A stretch of DNA of 60,929 bases, counting the filler, from Basidiobolus meristosporus CBS 931.73 (Eukaryota > Fungi > Basidiobolomycota), in NCBI GenBank assembly GCA_002104905.1. It is 4 parts of 4 records of this genome, joined end to end, with 100 filler letters (N's around TTAATTAATTAA, not from the genome) between each part and the next. Parts side by side here need not be neighbours in the genome. Positions count along the whole stretch, not along the records: positions 42,872 to 60,929 come from MCFE01001075.1; 3 more parts are not named here. The stretch is one strand, 5' to 3'. The notes beneath the pieces were generated by a model. That model was not told where the DNA came from and ran no database searches. It saw only the letters and a program-made list of their open reading frames with translations. Shown one piece after another: positions 46,949 to 59,682 of this stretch. Positions within the stretch are counted from its first letter, which is position 1, and each line of letters begins with the position of its first letter. The position numbers and the translations under genes were made by a program.

Positions 46949-47738
46949 TTTTCTTGAGTAAGGAATAGAAGGTAAGCTTTGACATTTGTCGATAGCCAAA
47001 ATAGCTTTTATAGCTTCCAACCTCTACACTTCATGAAGAACAAGCCTACAGTTCGGCACCATATTTGGAGCGACCAAGTAGAGCGCCGATAGTCTTTGTG
47101 GCACCTACTGGAAACATTTTTAGTCAGTGAAAATAGAATGAATATCACCAACACTAGGCCATATGAAATGTAATAGAACGCTTTACAACCAATCAAGTCT
47201 TCACATAAACGAGGGATTTGCGCCCCTTGAATTGGATTGTTAGCGGATGGCGAAATTATAGCATATTCATCATCAATAGTCCCTACCTTTTCAACTCTCA
47301 TATCCAAAGATTATGTTGGTAATGTAGTATGCAGAAATAATTAATCTTGAGGATATAGCAGCATTGAAGTAAGTGTGGCTTATGTCAGATTTAACTATTG
47401 CGTCAAAGGCGCATCTACCTATGTGTAAGAAGCTAGAACAAAACCAGATGTAACAATAACAAGCATTGCGAAACAGTGACAATGTCAACATCTAGTGTCC
47501 TGTCAGAACTATTGGTTCTTTCTATGCTTAACGAATCTTGTCTATATAGCCAACCAAAACTAAGCCCCGCATTATCAAACATGTTTGGTTGTGTCAAGAA
47601 TTGATTCACATAGGATTTGGTTTATAGAATGCTACTCAATGCTTGATTTATTGTAGTATTACTTCCAAAACTGATGTAGAGCACTTGCTAGGTATTACGT
47701 AGAATGAATGAGTTGATAATTATAAATGAGCCAGTGTC

Positions 47739-49497
47739 CTAGACAGGGGACTTGACTGGAATACTTTGTGGGAAGCGGAAGACGTTTTGAGGATCATATG
47801 CACTCTTGACTGTACTCAACTTCTTGATATTTGAGTTGCCTCCGTAGTATGCAGTTCTGTAATCCACCATATCCTTGTCTATATAGTTTTGGTAGGCCTC
47901 AACTGGTGACTGACGTTTGAGATAAGCAGTCCGTGCTTCATCAAAAAAGTTGTTCATCCATTGCAAGCACTGTTTGCAGTCTGGCTTGTTGTATACCTTG
48001 GCATTGTTACCCCACTCGGTTATATATTCAATGGCGAAGGTAGTTGTGCGATGGACAAAGGCTGATGCGTTGGGCGAAACCTCGTTAATCTTACTTTGTC
48101 CCCACAGATCTATAATGATGTAACTGGCGGTGGACCCAGTGGGGGGTTTAGAGAGCCACTTATTAGCGATATTGATATCCTCGTCGCTTAAGGTATTTTT
48201 GTACATGAGAGATTTGCCCTGATCAGGAGCGTTAGTAAAGCACTACGCCAGAATCCCATCAACTACCCCAACTTGCCTTCATGTATCGGGAATCCTGCAC
48301 CTTGGAATCAGGGAGACGATCAAGATCCTTCAGATCGGTTGAATCAAGATATGTCCAGCGTAAAATAGCCTCCAAGAAGCTAGACTCTTTGATATCGGCA
48401 GTATGAGCGGGAGCGTTACTTACGAACGTCTATGGATACCATTAACCACCCCATCCTGATAATTGTAGCAGAGCAGAAATATATACTTACATTCATGACA
48501 GAGGCCAATTTACTCTTGGGGCCGAGGTAGGTTCCGTACAAAGATATACCACCTTTATCCCAATACATCTCCACCCCAACATCACGACTTGCTGTTGCAC
48601 TCCAAGCATTATAGGCCTTCACCGCCTTCAAGTAGTCCTTGGCTTTGATATCGTACGAAAAGGTGGTCACCTTGGCTGGAGGCTGAAACACGTTGAACTT
48701 GAAGTTTGTAACTACACCGTAAGAGCCACCTAAAGACTGTGATCAATTTTCGGCATTCCGGCTTTGACGAACTATGGAAACCTACCACCAGCTCCGCGAA
48801 GGGCCCAAAACAAATCGGGATTTTTGAGAAGCACTTGTTGTAGTTACTGTGCCGTTTGCAAGCACAATATCTGCCGAAACAATGTTGTCGGCCATCAATC
48901 CATATTTACGACTAAATAAGCCGAATCTGGAGATTTAAGGGAATTTTAGGTGTCGAAGCGCGCATGAAAGTTTCCCAAATTGGCTTACCCTCCACCTAGA
49001 GAATGGCCTCCAATTCCTACTGTGGGGCAAGTACCTCCTGGCACGGCATAGCCACCAGCATTGAATAAACGGTAGTATACCTGTCCAAGACGTAAACCAC
49101 CACCAATTGTGGCAATATTGTTCTTCACCGATACGGTGGAGAATTTTTTGAGGTCAATCACCAAACTTGAGTCGGCACCTCCGATGGAATAACCTTCGTA
49201 TGAATGACCACCGCTACGAGGAGCAATAGCCACGTTACCGGCAGCAGCACACTTGATAGCCGCAGAGACTTCAGCATTACTTGCTGGATAAACGACAGCT
49301 AGAGGTTTATAGGTGTAGCGGAGATCATATCCGTAGCGGGCATCAACGAAGCCAGGGTCAGAAGGACCTACGGTTTCAACCTTGGCTGCTTCTAGGCACT
49401 TCAAAAGATCGGAGCCGACATCTCCATTCACCAAAGTTGACGTAGAAATCACACCGGCAACAACCAAATAAAGTAGCTTGATACTTTTCATCATCAT
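47739..49497 (-). CDS. Secreted FAD-linked oxidase, berberine-bridge-enzyme/AA7 oligosaccharide oxidase family, about 4 exons
   Basis: Signal peptide, RSGGHSYEG (covalent His), GGTCPTVGIGGHSLGGG (covalent Cys), LSRKYGLMADNIVSA, LFWALRGAGG and C-terminal AYQNYID...YYGG...KSAYDPQNVFRFPQSI. Confidence 0.93.
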
Positions 49498-50007
49498 GAA
49501 AGTATTTGTCGAGAAGGGAGGAGTAACGCGTTGTTTATATAGTTGAACCACACTAGCGGAGTGTTTTATGGGCTTAGTTCAGCAAGTGAATCGAGGGCTG
49601 AGTCAACTACAACATACAATACCGTGACGTTACACCGTTGGCGCATTTTTTTAGAAGAAAAATAGAATGAGCACATAGTAGCCGCCTTTGAACATTGTTG
49701 ATTGGTCTCTGGGCAAACCAGGAGCTCGCTTGTGAGCCATTAGCATTGCCATAACCGGAGTGATACAGTTACTTTGGCCGTAGATTGTTTCAGCAAGATC
49801 ATGGATTTGGAATATGACTGCAGTAATGTGACCATTTTCGATGTAATCGTACGAAATCTAAAAATAAAATTTGCCGGTTACCTGTTACCGAGTTTAATAC
49901 ATGCACTTTAGTATTCCGGCATTCATGATTATTGATTTACATGAACTACAGCAGAGAAATGGGGAGATTTTACTAGTGCGCCATCCCTAATTCTGGTCCA
50001 GACAAAA

Positions 50008-50060
50008 TGATATAAGTAGCTAGTACTCATCAATGATATAAGTGGCTAGTATACATCAAT
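50008..50060 (+). repeat. Short tandem duplication (2 x about 27 nt)
   Basis: ATGATATAAGTAGCTAGTACTCATCA / ATGATATAAGTGGCTAGTATACATCA. Confidence 0.7.
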
Positions 50061-51341
50061 TTGCTTAGGGCTACACGGATTCCTCATTTGTCGAAGGATG
50101 CTTTCTTAGTCAATGCACCAGAGACCCAGCAACCATTGTGCTATAGTTTCCATCACACCGCCAACGCTCACATTCAACATCATCATCATCTTTGGTTTGC
50201 CGTTCTATCGAGCAACTTGGGTCGCCAATTCATAAAAGATTGGTTTATTGAGATGTTGGCTAATGAATCTTTGCCGTGAAGCGGAATTATACGGAAAGGC
50301 TGAGCACTTTCCAATTTAGGTAGAGGCGATCGCATTGTTTGTAAGTGTAGATTGAAATTGCTGGACATTGAGATTCTTTATACTAAATACACAATCATCC
50401 AATATTATGTGTAGGATTAGGCTTAGGGTCAGGGTTATAATTCTTAGTTAAGTTATCCTTGATAAATCAGAGTACAACTCCGTATGCACCCTATTTTCTT
50501 CGGTTGAAGCTCCTGTAGATGGAGCCAAAGTTCAATGTTTAATGGTTGTATACCATTTAACTGGTGCAGTAGTTGATAGGTTGAACGGTTTGGCGCTGTA
50601 TCTCATCCATACGTTTAGTTCACGTGCTCACGATGGAATTCTTGGCATCTACAGGGGGATGTCTGTTACGTAGTTACGGCTTAAACGATGTACTCTCTAG
50701 TTACTAAAACCGCTTGGTAGCTTGGGTCCTGAACCCAAAATAGCAACAAGGCACTTTTCTATTAACCAGAGGGTATTTCTACCTGGAAAACCAACATTTA
50801 TAAGTTTGAGTTTATCGAATTACATGTTTACCCATGATGGGTTCATTTTGTCAATCAAATTCCAATGATTAGATTTATCGGCGGTAGTGTGAAGTTCTAC
50901 GGCGTCTTCTACTTTATGATGGTGGCTATAAGACATCCATGAAGGAAACCAATATGCTGCAAAAAGGAAAATTACTATCAATTATCTTCACCGGCGCTTT
51001 CTTCTGATACCAATGATGAACATCTGAACGCGTTAAGCTTATCATTTATTCCATCATGAGCAGCACATTCTAGAGTATGTAACTATCAAATCAAATCTCT
51101 TGGGGGGAAACATTGGTCCGAATTCCACGTAGCAGAGCTTCGGTGCCAAATTCATATTATCACAAGAGAAAAATAACCATATTAAGACTGATAGAGGACT
51201 CGGCCATAATTGGCTAGACGAGGAATATATAGTGTTGGTGGCCACTTTTCCATCCAAACTTTCGTGATCGATGGATTGTGACAAGTAGCTTCGACAAACT
51301 AACTGTTTTCCTTTGTTGCTTCATTGTATGCCATAGCCAGT

Positions 51342-52723
51342 ATGCATTCCAGATCCTCCAGCTCCTCGACAATAGGTAGCGAACCAAAGGTTGTAACGTA
51401 CTTAAGTGAAGAGCTGCCCCTCAACAAGCTCACACACAACACATCCGACTATACCAGCGAGGATGATGTATGCTTCCCCATTGTGGTATCTCCAGGTGAT
51501 GCTCCGTTCGATTCGGACGCCCTTCAGAACTATCTTGTTACCGGGCAATATGAGTGCCATCTCCGACTTCCTACCTCCAAGAGAAAGAGTCTGATCATGA
51601 AGGACAGCCACTATCGCTCGAGTAGTAGAGTCACCTTCTTCTCTACGGAGAGCGGAACTATCAAAGCGAGTTCCTTAGCCGAGTTGACTTTGGACAAATA
51701 CCCTCTGGCTGACCTGCTGAGTCTCGATACCTACTGGATAGACTTTCATAATCCAAGTGATGTCGATCTCAAATGGATTGGAAAAATCTTTCAAATTCAT
51801 CCTTTGACCATTGAGGATATTCAAGGAGCAGAGATTCGGGAGAAATGCGAGTCTTTCCGGAACTACTATTTCGTGAACACGCAAACGTTTGATGTTCATG
51901 AATTAGACAGCGGCAACACACGATCTGTCGAGAAGTCCATCAATTTCTACAGCATCGTGATGAAGAATTGCATCCTGACTTTCCACTATTTACCTATTCA
52001 CCACCCTGAAAAGGTGATGAATCGCTTCGAGTATCTCAAAGACCATCTGGTATTGTCCCCAGATTGGGTGAACTACGCATTGATCGACTCCATTGTGGAT
52101 GACTTCATCCCGCTGGAAAAGTGTTTGGAGCATGAATCGAACTCCATCGATGAGTTGGTATTTATCCTAAAGCAGTCCGAACAAGCGGATATGCTCCGTA
52201 GAATAGGCAGAGCTAGAAAATCCCTCTCGGGTCTTCTTCGGATTCTAAAGCCCAAGGCGGATGTCATTCAAGGCTGCCATCAAAAGGGTGGAGGCATTGG
52301 ACATTGAAGAAAGAAAAGACATTGGACTCTATCTTGGAGATGTTCAAGGTACATTCCCGCATTGCGGAGCTTTCTATCCAATTTGTACTCATCTTCAAAA
52401 CCGCTTTAGATCACGTTCTTGCCATGATTCAGAGTGCTGGGCATTTTGAAGGGATGTTGTCACGCGCCCATTCCAACTATTTGGCCCAAATTTCCATTGA
52501 AATTACTCATAGCAGCGACGCACTGAACGATTTGGTGGCAAAGCTAACAATTATTGGCTCAACTATGCTACCGATGCACGTAATCGCCGGACTTTGGGGA
52601 ATGAATTGTCCTGTCCCGGGCAAGGAGACTGATTCCTTGACGTGGTTCTTCTGCATTGTGGGATTCATGGCTCTGATGTTTGTCACTAGTATGATTTACT
52701 GTAAAAAAAAGAAGCTGTTGTAA
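51342..52723 (+). CDS. CorA-family Mg2+ transporter (Alr1/Mnr2 type) with a +1 frameshift at about 52269 and one intron
   Basis: YWIDFHNP, FQIHPLTIEDI, REKCESFRNYYFV, YALIDSIVDDF, DMLRRIG, LYLGDVQ|DHV, SNYLAQISIE and the GLWGMN signature followed by two TM helices. Confidence 0.92.
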
Positions 52724-52927
52724 GATTGGGTTGCCTGGAAGCATAGAAGTAGGAATGACCAGAGAGTAGTTGTAAATTGTATATTTCTTCATTAATGTTT
52801 TACAATTGATGTTTGTTGGCCAAGCTCCTAACTGCATAGCCATAGCGGTATTGGATTGGAATAAATTAGTCGCTCAACCGATAATGCACACAACATCCTG
52901 ACATTTCTCTTCTCGCAGAAAGGATAC

Positions 52928-55034
52928 TTAACCATGATACGGAAACGCGAAGGTTTCCAGCTCAGTAACGCTACCAGGTACATTCACAAACTTCTCAAAG
53001 AGAGTATTCTCCGGTAAAGGCGTTTCGCTCAGCGGAGAAGTGGGTATTGTCACTTGTGTTTCTAGAATGGGGGCTTCCAAAAGGGAAAATACTTGGGTAA
53101 TCATGTCCTTCATCTGGGTCAAATATGAGATATCTTGGATCACATGGCGCCATATCGGATCAATCTCTTGGACGAGCTCGTAGATATAATCTGCTTGTTG
53201 CTTGACTTGCCGGGACATTATTAATTTATCCGCATCGCTAAAGGCAGACTCACTTTCATCAACAAGACAGTTGACAATCGTCAGAAGAACACGAAAAGCA
53301 AACGGTGCATTGAAAAAAATGATCGGATCATGAGTCAAATCTTCTATGGGCAGCAAACGGATGATTTCCACGAATTCGGCAACTGAATGTTCGTATTAAT
53401 GTTTGGTTATCAAGGCGTTTGATGAAAATAAAGGCTTAGGGTTAGTGTTACCTGTTGCTAGACACTCTCTGAAAGCTTCCCCATCGAAATCTTTGAAGTT
53501 GTATGCCATACGGATTTCATAAAGGTGTAACTTGCTAACGAGATAAAGGATTCGCATCCATCTTGGAATCTTGATGGTATCTAGTTGGATGATGACAGAC
53601 TCCTGAACAACTGTGGGTGCATGTGTATATCGATGCTTAGCTGGCAGCCGCATGTCCCAGCTCTGAAGGGCTTTTTTCAACTGCTCAAGTCGTGCTAGTG
53701 TGTTGAGTGGTTGATGTATTATATGCGTGTCTCCAAATGGCATCATGAGCTTCTTGTAATTTGTAAGGGAGTTGGCCAAGCTTGATATGTCACTGTGAAG
53801 CAGCTCTATTTCAATCATAAAGGACCACATTTGTCGATCCTCAAAGGATATTACTGAGGGTGTAGCGCTATATATACAACTCTGTGTCTCTGGCATCAGA
53901 TACGACATCCTCTGCCATTTCGATTCGCTACCCGGCGGCAACACATAGGTTCTCTTCTCATCCATAACTCTTGTACTGTAGATTGATACCTTCTGTGCCC
54001 AACGCTCCATAAGTAACAGGCACCAGAATAGTCTACGTCGCTCCTCTTTCTCTATAATACAAGTGGGATTGATAGATAATGTGTCCTGCTTTGCATCCTC
54101 TAAAGCCATATTCAACTCTTGAACAATCCTGAAGAGGTAATGTAGATAAAATTTAGTTGGTATTCGAATACCCAAATGGCTATCTCCTTACTTGGCAGCC
54201 ATCACTGAAAATGTACGAGTGTGTTGTTAGCTAACAGAAGTAAATAGTGAACTATCAAACGATCCTACCAAGGCAAGTTGACGCCTGTGAATTTTCACCA
54301 TCGTAGTACAACATTGTTGACAGGAAGGTCAAAGCAATAGCATTATAGGTATTTGGCTCCATAAATATTTGCTGCTGTGCCAGCATCAAGGAAGTTTCAG
54401 TGAAATTGGCATTCTTCACGATACTTAGCCACTCTTTTGGTGTGTTTTTATCTACAACGCCTAGTTCATGGTTTTTTATGAAGAATCTGCTCCCAATGGC
54501 GAACATCGTTTGTAGTAAAAAATCAGGGAGAACCTGTTTATGTAGGCGGTAGAGGAAATAGTCGTGGTGAAGTATAGGCGCTGAAAAACTGAAATTGTTC
54601 CAGAATGTGAGAATCAACTCTATTTGAAGCTTTACGGGAATTTTTGGGAGAGAGATGGAAGGATTTGAGAGAAGCCGCAAGCTATTAATGGATATTCCTT
54701 GATTAATCAAGCGCTGCTCCGAGAAGTTAGTGTAAGTATGCTTATTCTTCTTTGATAATTGTTCCTGATCTACAAGAAATTTGGTGGATCTCAGGCCCGA
54801 CATATATCCCTTGGGAGGGCCTCGCTATTTTAGAGATTAGCGTGGCATTCTTTTGAATCATTTTAAGAGAGAACCTACTTTTCTAGGGTTTTTGTACACG
54901 CAATCCGTTGCATATTTGACACAAGTTGAACATTTCGGCCTACTCTTGCAACATTTTCTTTTTCTTCGACGACACTCTTCACATGATTGCAACGGTGGTG
55001 GTTTGACTTCTGATCCTCTATCAAAACTGAACAT
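52928..55034 (-). CDS. Zn(II)2Cys6 transcription factor with a fungal-specific middle homology region, multi-exon; exact start uncertain
   Basis: The frame from ATG 55034 gives SCEECRRRKRKCCKSRPKCSTCVKYATDCVY|. FWNNFSFSAPILHHDYF and EKEERRRLFWCLLLMER follow. Confidence 0.9.
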
Positions 55035-56388
55035 GTCGTGGCTAGATTTGTCGAATTCACCATTTTTTTAATATTACTGGCGATTCTCCTTGATTGATCT
55101 TTTTTCATCGGCAAATACTCCCGTAGCCTTCATTACCTAGCCGTCCAGTTAATTTCTCACGAAATTTGGGGAAAGCACCTGGAGCGGATGAAGCTCACAA
55201 AAGGGACCATTTATACACGTGACACATCCAGGGTATTCGCATCACCATTATCAATAAACTAATCAAGCTAACCAAACCTGTAAATGTCGAATAGAAATAG
55301 GGAGAAAAATGCAGGTTTAGCCTGCGGAATAAAGGATGTGGAAGAACGATTTCTAGCCGATATTCCAAGGTTCAGGGAAATGGGCCGAGAGCCCAGTCAT
55401 ACAAAATAAACAAACATAAATACATTGAGCGCCACCCAATCAACAATCTCGTCTAGGCCAGCCAAAGGGATAAGGGATGTAACATACCGTACCAATGTGA
55501 CTATTTGTGTCAGACTGGCCCATAAATGGCACCGTCGAGTAGCATATCTGATCATGTCAATCGTGTACAGAAATATTATAGATACGCAGACACTAGCAAA
55601 TGTTTCTCTCGGAACAAGTGTCGATCTTTAGCAAGCATCGTTAAACCGAGATGCTGCCCAAGAAACGTGTACATCACACCATTCTTCCTAGACTTCAATA
55701 CGACCTCGTAGCCCTTCAACCAATCACACTTTCCACCGCCTCACCCATTATCCGTCCTTCTTTGACCATGCTAGCCACCATTCAGGTATTCACAAGGAAA
55801 GTCACGTGATCTCGCCAATGATATCGCTTCATGATCTGACGACTACCATTGCCATCCAAAACTAGTCATGGAATATATGCGCATTTTACCCGTCTCAAAG
55901 TTTCACTAAGTCTCTGGAACCATAAGGAAAATGCAAGATACGATTATTCATAGTCAATCTTGTATCTGCTCGATTGGTGATTGAATGATTCATATTCCTT
56001 GATATTTATCAGACGCACTCTTCTCGACATATGGATGATTTCTTTTTTTACTACCTTGAAATACGCAAGTCCGATTTCAGCGGAAAATTACATCACCCTG
56101 AATGGCGACCGTCACACCTGAAGGTATGCGATTCGACGCCCCTCCTTTTTCTTATATCAATCTCTTTGTTTTTAAGGCTGATTGATATTTAACGCTCTGA
56201 AGCATACCTTTCAATCGTTTACCTCTCTGTTTATAGTCGATATACATTTTTTGGTGTTGCTCACAATTAGCTTCTTTCTATTTCCCCTTCTTTACTATAT
56301 CTTTACGAATACACAACAGCCGTGAACTCAAAATATCTTCCAATTGCTTTTGTTCGTTTCTGTAGGAAAACGTATACTCCATACCCTT

Positions 56389-57909
56389 ATGGTTTCGCTC
56401 TATCCTATCCTTTCAGCGTGCACCCAACTATGGAACTCCACACTATTCTGGGTGGTTAATCCTCTGCTTAACATCTGCGAAGCTCTTTTAATTGGGGGGC
56501 TTCAAGAATCCGATTTCTTAGCGATATTGAACTTTGCCAACCAGTTGGAACCAGAATCAACGCAACGTTTCCGACAAAAGAGATTGCGAAAACCACACTA
56601 CAAAGCAACCCTCGTTTCAAGAACTTGTCTCCAGTTCAAAGAAAGTTGCTCCAACGTTGACAACGGGTCCCTACCCTCGCATCCTCAAGTTTCCTTCAGG
56701 GACTTGCCCTCAGAGATCTTGCTTCATATTTTTTCCATGGACGAAAGCCCGATCGTTTTGCGAAATTTAATGCTTGTGAACAAACATACCTATCAGCTCG
56801 TACTACCGCTCCTCTACAAAAATCCAAAGATATATTACAGCAATACACACAAAAGCCACTTCTTAACACAGTCCGTTTGGAACACACTTACTCGGCCTAT
56901 CACATCTAGATTCGATTCGAGAGGCCTACCTAAAAACTTCCCACTTGAGAGATACGGGTGGTTGATTCAAAGTATAAACCTGACCGATGGTCAGGAGCTT
57001 GTTACCGATGCCACCATAAAAGCGTTAGCTTGCAATTGCCCCAATCTAAAAAGGATAAATCTCAGCTCTTGCGGTAACATTACCGACGATTCCCTAACAA
57101 GCCTACTGGAGACATGCTCCCATACTCTTGAATCAGTGAACTTCAACGGATGTAGCCGCATAACCGATTACGGAGTGTCTTTAATAGGACTGAAGTGTCG
57201 CAAAGTCGAAAGCGTCAATCTTGCAGGATGTCAGGAAATTACCGACACCACCATTCATTCCATCTCTAGGGGCTGCCGTTTCTTAAAGCAACTTCGAATT
57301 TCCGACTGTAATCTGGTTACCAGCGAATCCATTTATGCTTTGGTTCAGAAATGCCCTCAGCTTCAATGGTTGGACATTGCTCGTATCGGAACTTTGAACA
57401 ACACGTGCGTCAGAGCAATTGCTGATACGTGCCACGAGCTTGAATGGATTAATCTTGCCAGGCCTTCCTTTTTTCAGTCACTCTTACCTAATCCAGCCAA
57501 CAACGCCATTCTAGTGGAAGAGTCGGACATCAGCGATGACACAATCCATCGCTTGGTTACCAATTGCACACGCCTGCAACTACTTGACATAAGCTATGTG
57601 TCTTCCATTACGAACTTATCCATCGAGTCGATATCGGATCACGCGTCACAGCTGGTATGTCTCACCATCATCGGATGTCGTCAAATCACCGCCGAAGCCC
57701 TAAGGAGTCTAGCCAAATTGCGTAAACGAACTGGCCGACTAGGGTGCATCACAATGGGCGACTCCCCGAATCTCAGCGAAGAAAACATAGAAGAGATCAC
57801 CAACGAGCCTGAAGGGCTGTTAAGTGGATGGCAAAAGAGCGCAGTAGACGAAGGATCCCTCAAAGAGGTACTTGGCGGCATGTCCTGGGACGATGTTGGC
57901 TCATGGTAA
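56389..57909 (+). CDS. F-box/leucine-rich-repeat (RNI-like, FBXL/Grr1-type) SCF substrate receptor
   Basis: F-box FRDLPSEILLHIF and repeated LxxLxLxxCxxITD units (LKRINLSSCGNITD, VNLAGCQEITD, LDISYVSSIT). Confidence 0.9.
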   Translation: MVSLYPILSACTQLWNSTLFWVVNPLLNICEALLIGGLQESDFLAILNFANQLEPESTQRFRQKRLRKPHYKATLVSRTCLQFKESCSNVDNGSLPSHPQVSFRDLPSEILLHIFSMDESPIVLRNLMLVNKHTYQLVLPLLYKNPKIYYSNTHKSHFLTQSVWNTLTRPITSRFDSRGLPKNFPLERYGWLIQSINLTDGQELVTDATIKALACNCPNLKRINLSSCGNITDDSLTSLLETCSHTLESVNFNGCSRITDYGVSLIGLKCRKVESVNLAGCQEITDTTIHSISRGCRFLKQLRISDCNLVTSESIYALVQKCPQLQWLDIARIGTLNNTCVRAIADTCHELEWINLARPSFFQSLLPNPANNAILVEESDISDDTIHRLVTNCTRLQLLDISYVSSITNLSIESISDHASQLVCLTIIGCRQITAEALRSLAKLRKRTGRLGCITMGDSPNLSEENIEEITNEPEGLLSGWQKSAVDEGSLKEVLGGMSWDDVGSW

Positions 57910-58974
57910 CCCGGAATCACCCCCCTCCCCAAGTGCAAGGTCACCGGAGTCGAAGATCGCCTCGACCCTACTATCGCATCGATTGTGAATTTCTGTTCCC
58001 GATATATATGTAAATGTGTGTTATTAATTCTCGTGCGTATTCGTACAACGTATATTTTTCTAATTTTCCCGGTCAGCCAACATTCTACGAGAGATACAAC
58101 AGGAGACGGCTAGAGATCTCTCCATCACATGTTCCATGTAGCATCCACCTTTCCCCTTTCTCCCAACCAGTCTCCGTGTACTTTCTTCCCAACAGACAAT
58201 AATCTAACCATCCACTATATGTATGTGATTCACGAGTGTCGAAACTCCCCATCAAGCGTACAGGGTCCGCGCAGGATGATATCGACCCAATCCAAGGTTC
58301 CACCATCCACCAGGGTGGGAATCCCATTCTTGTGCGCCCAAGTATTCCAACCGATTCTGATTAAAATTATTTTTCTACCTCGACCACGTTCTGACCAATG
58401 TCACCATCGCCCGCACCCATTACCTCCCACACAGAGGACCGGGTGGTGCGGTTCAAAGTGGGAGCCAATAAAAAAAATCGAGATTTACTCAGTATCTACT
58501 ATCTTTTTTCCCAGTTATTCTCACCATGAGCGTTAGCTCAATACTGATGTCCCTAACTGAAGTAATCATCATAGTAAATTTCGATTGTGATGGCGGATTC
58601 GATCTCCGGACTTTTAATCAACGGACGACCGCCTAAGACCGTGAAGACATCTACACGATCTACGAATAGAAAGAAAAATGATTAAAATATTGGATTTGAA
58701 ATCAAGCACGAATAAATTCAATGCCAGTGTCATGTCTCCTGGGAGCACTGTATGGAAAGTGTTGCAATGGACATTTGGATACATACGCAGCAGATGCGGA
58801 GTATATTATGCGTGTTCAGATCTATGTGCGGCTTCATTTAGATTGGTCTTGACAAAGAATGTAGGTATTTACAAATTCAAGTCTAAGCGCACAGATAGTT
58901 CGAGTAAAAATACATCGGTAATCACCCAGGATTTGAAGTAGTAGAAATACACGAAAGTACAGTATCATTAGTGG

Positions 58975-59682
58975 TCAGAAATAGTCGGATAACTCGAGAT
59001 CCCAATTGGATATAGATTCATCCCAGCAAGACGCCTGATTCTCAAAATCCAATGGTGTTAAAGGCAACTCCTCCAAAAGATTGGGTAACTGTGTATTTGT
59101 AGGGAAACACCAGGATTGGGCTCGAATCTTCTCCACGTGCGAAGTGAATTCTTCCAAGAAAAGCAACCATGTCTGATATTGCTCACAATTCAAAAACAAA
59201 TCAAAATTGCTGCTTAGAAAGCGCATCTCTAACTGATTCAACTCCTCTACGGAAATCCCGCTGGCGGTGGACCATGATCGATTGTTGTATGCAACATCCT
59301 CGTGGAATTTCATGGCCAACATGAAGGCGACAGTGACCAGTTGGCATTCGTCGAATAAATCAGACTCTTCGGGATAGCCTTGGCGATAGCGATGAAGGTA
59401 CATAAGACCAATGATGATGACGGACCATGAGAGCTGTGTACGATGTAACAGGAATTGGCAAAATTGTTTGAAACAGAGTGGAGCGAAGCAAGTAAAAGGG
59501 ACATCGTTCATGTGCCATATGGAATAGCACAAGTCGGCAACCACATCAACCATCTCCGTGTAGTCCATGGTGTCATCCGGATTATTGGCGACCTTGATGG
59601 TGTTGGGCCATAGTTTGCAGAACGATAAATCATCAACCAAGTGGTCAAATAGCGAATTCGGTAATGAGCCTAATGCATCCAT
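58975..59682 (-). CDS. Cyclin, PHO80/PCL-like family, intronless, 235 aa
   Basis: VIIIGLMYLHRY...LVTVAFMLAMKFHEDVAYNNRSWSTASGISVEELNQLEMRFL. Confidence 0.9.
   Translation of the reverse strand: MDALGSLPNSLFDHLVDDLSFCKLWPNTIKVANNPDDTMDYTEMVDVVADLCYSIWHMNDVPFTCFAPLCFKQFCQFLLHRTQLSWSVIIIGLMYLHRYRQGYPEESDLFDECQLVTVAFMLAMKFHEDVAYNNRSWSTASGISVEELNQLEMRFLSSNFDLFLNCEQYQTWLLFLEEFTSHVEKIRAQSWCFPTNTQLPNLLEELPLTPLDFENQASCWDESISNWDLELSDYF

Noticed and set aside
50415-50436. ATTAGGCTTAGGGTCAGGGTTA telomere-like words
   Set aside because: Only one perfect TTAGGG is present and there is no adjacent terminal module, so it is compatible with chance.
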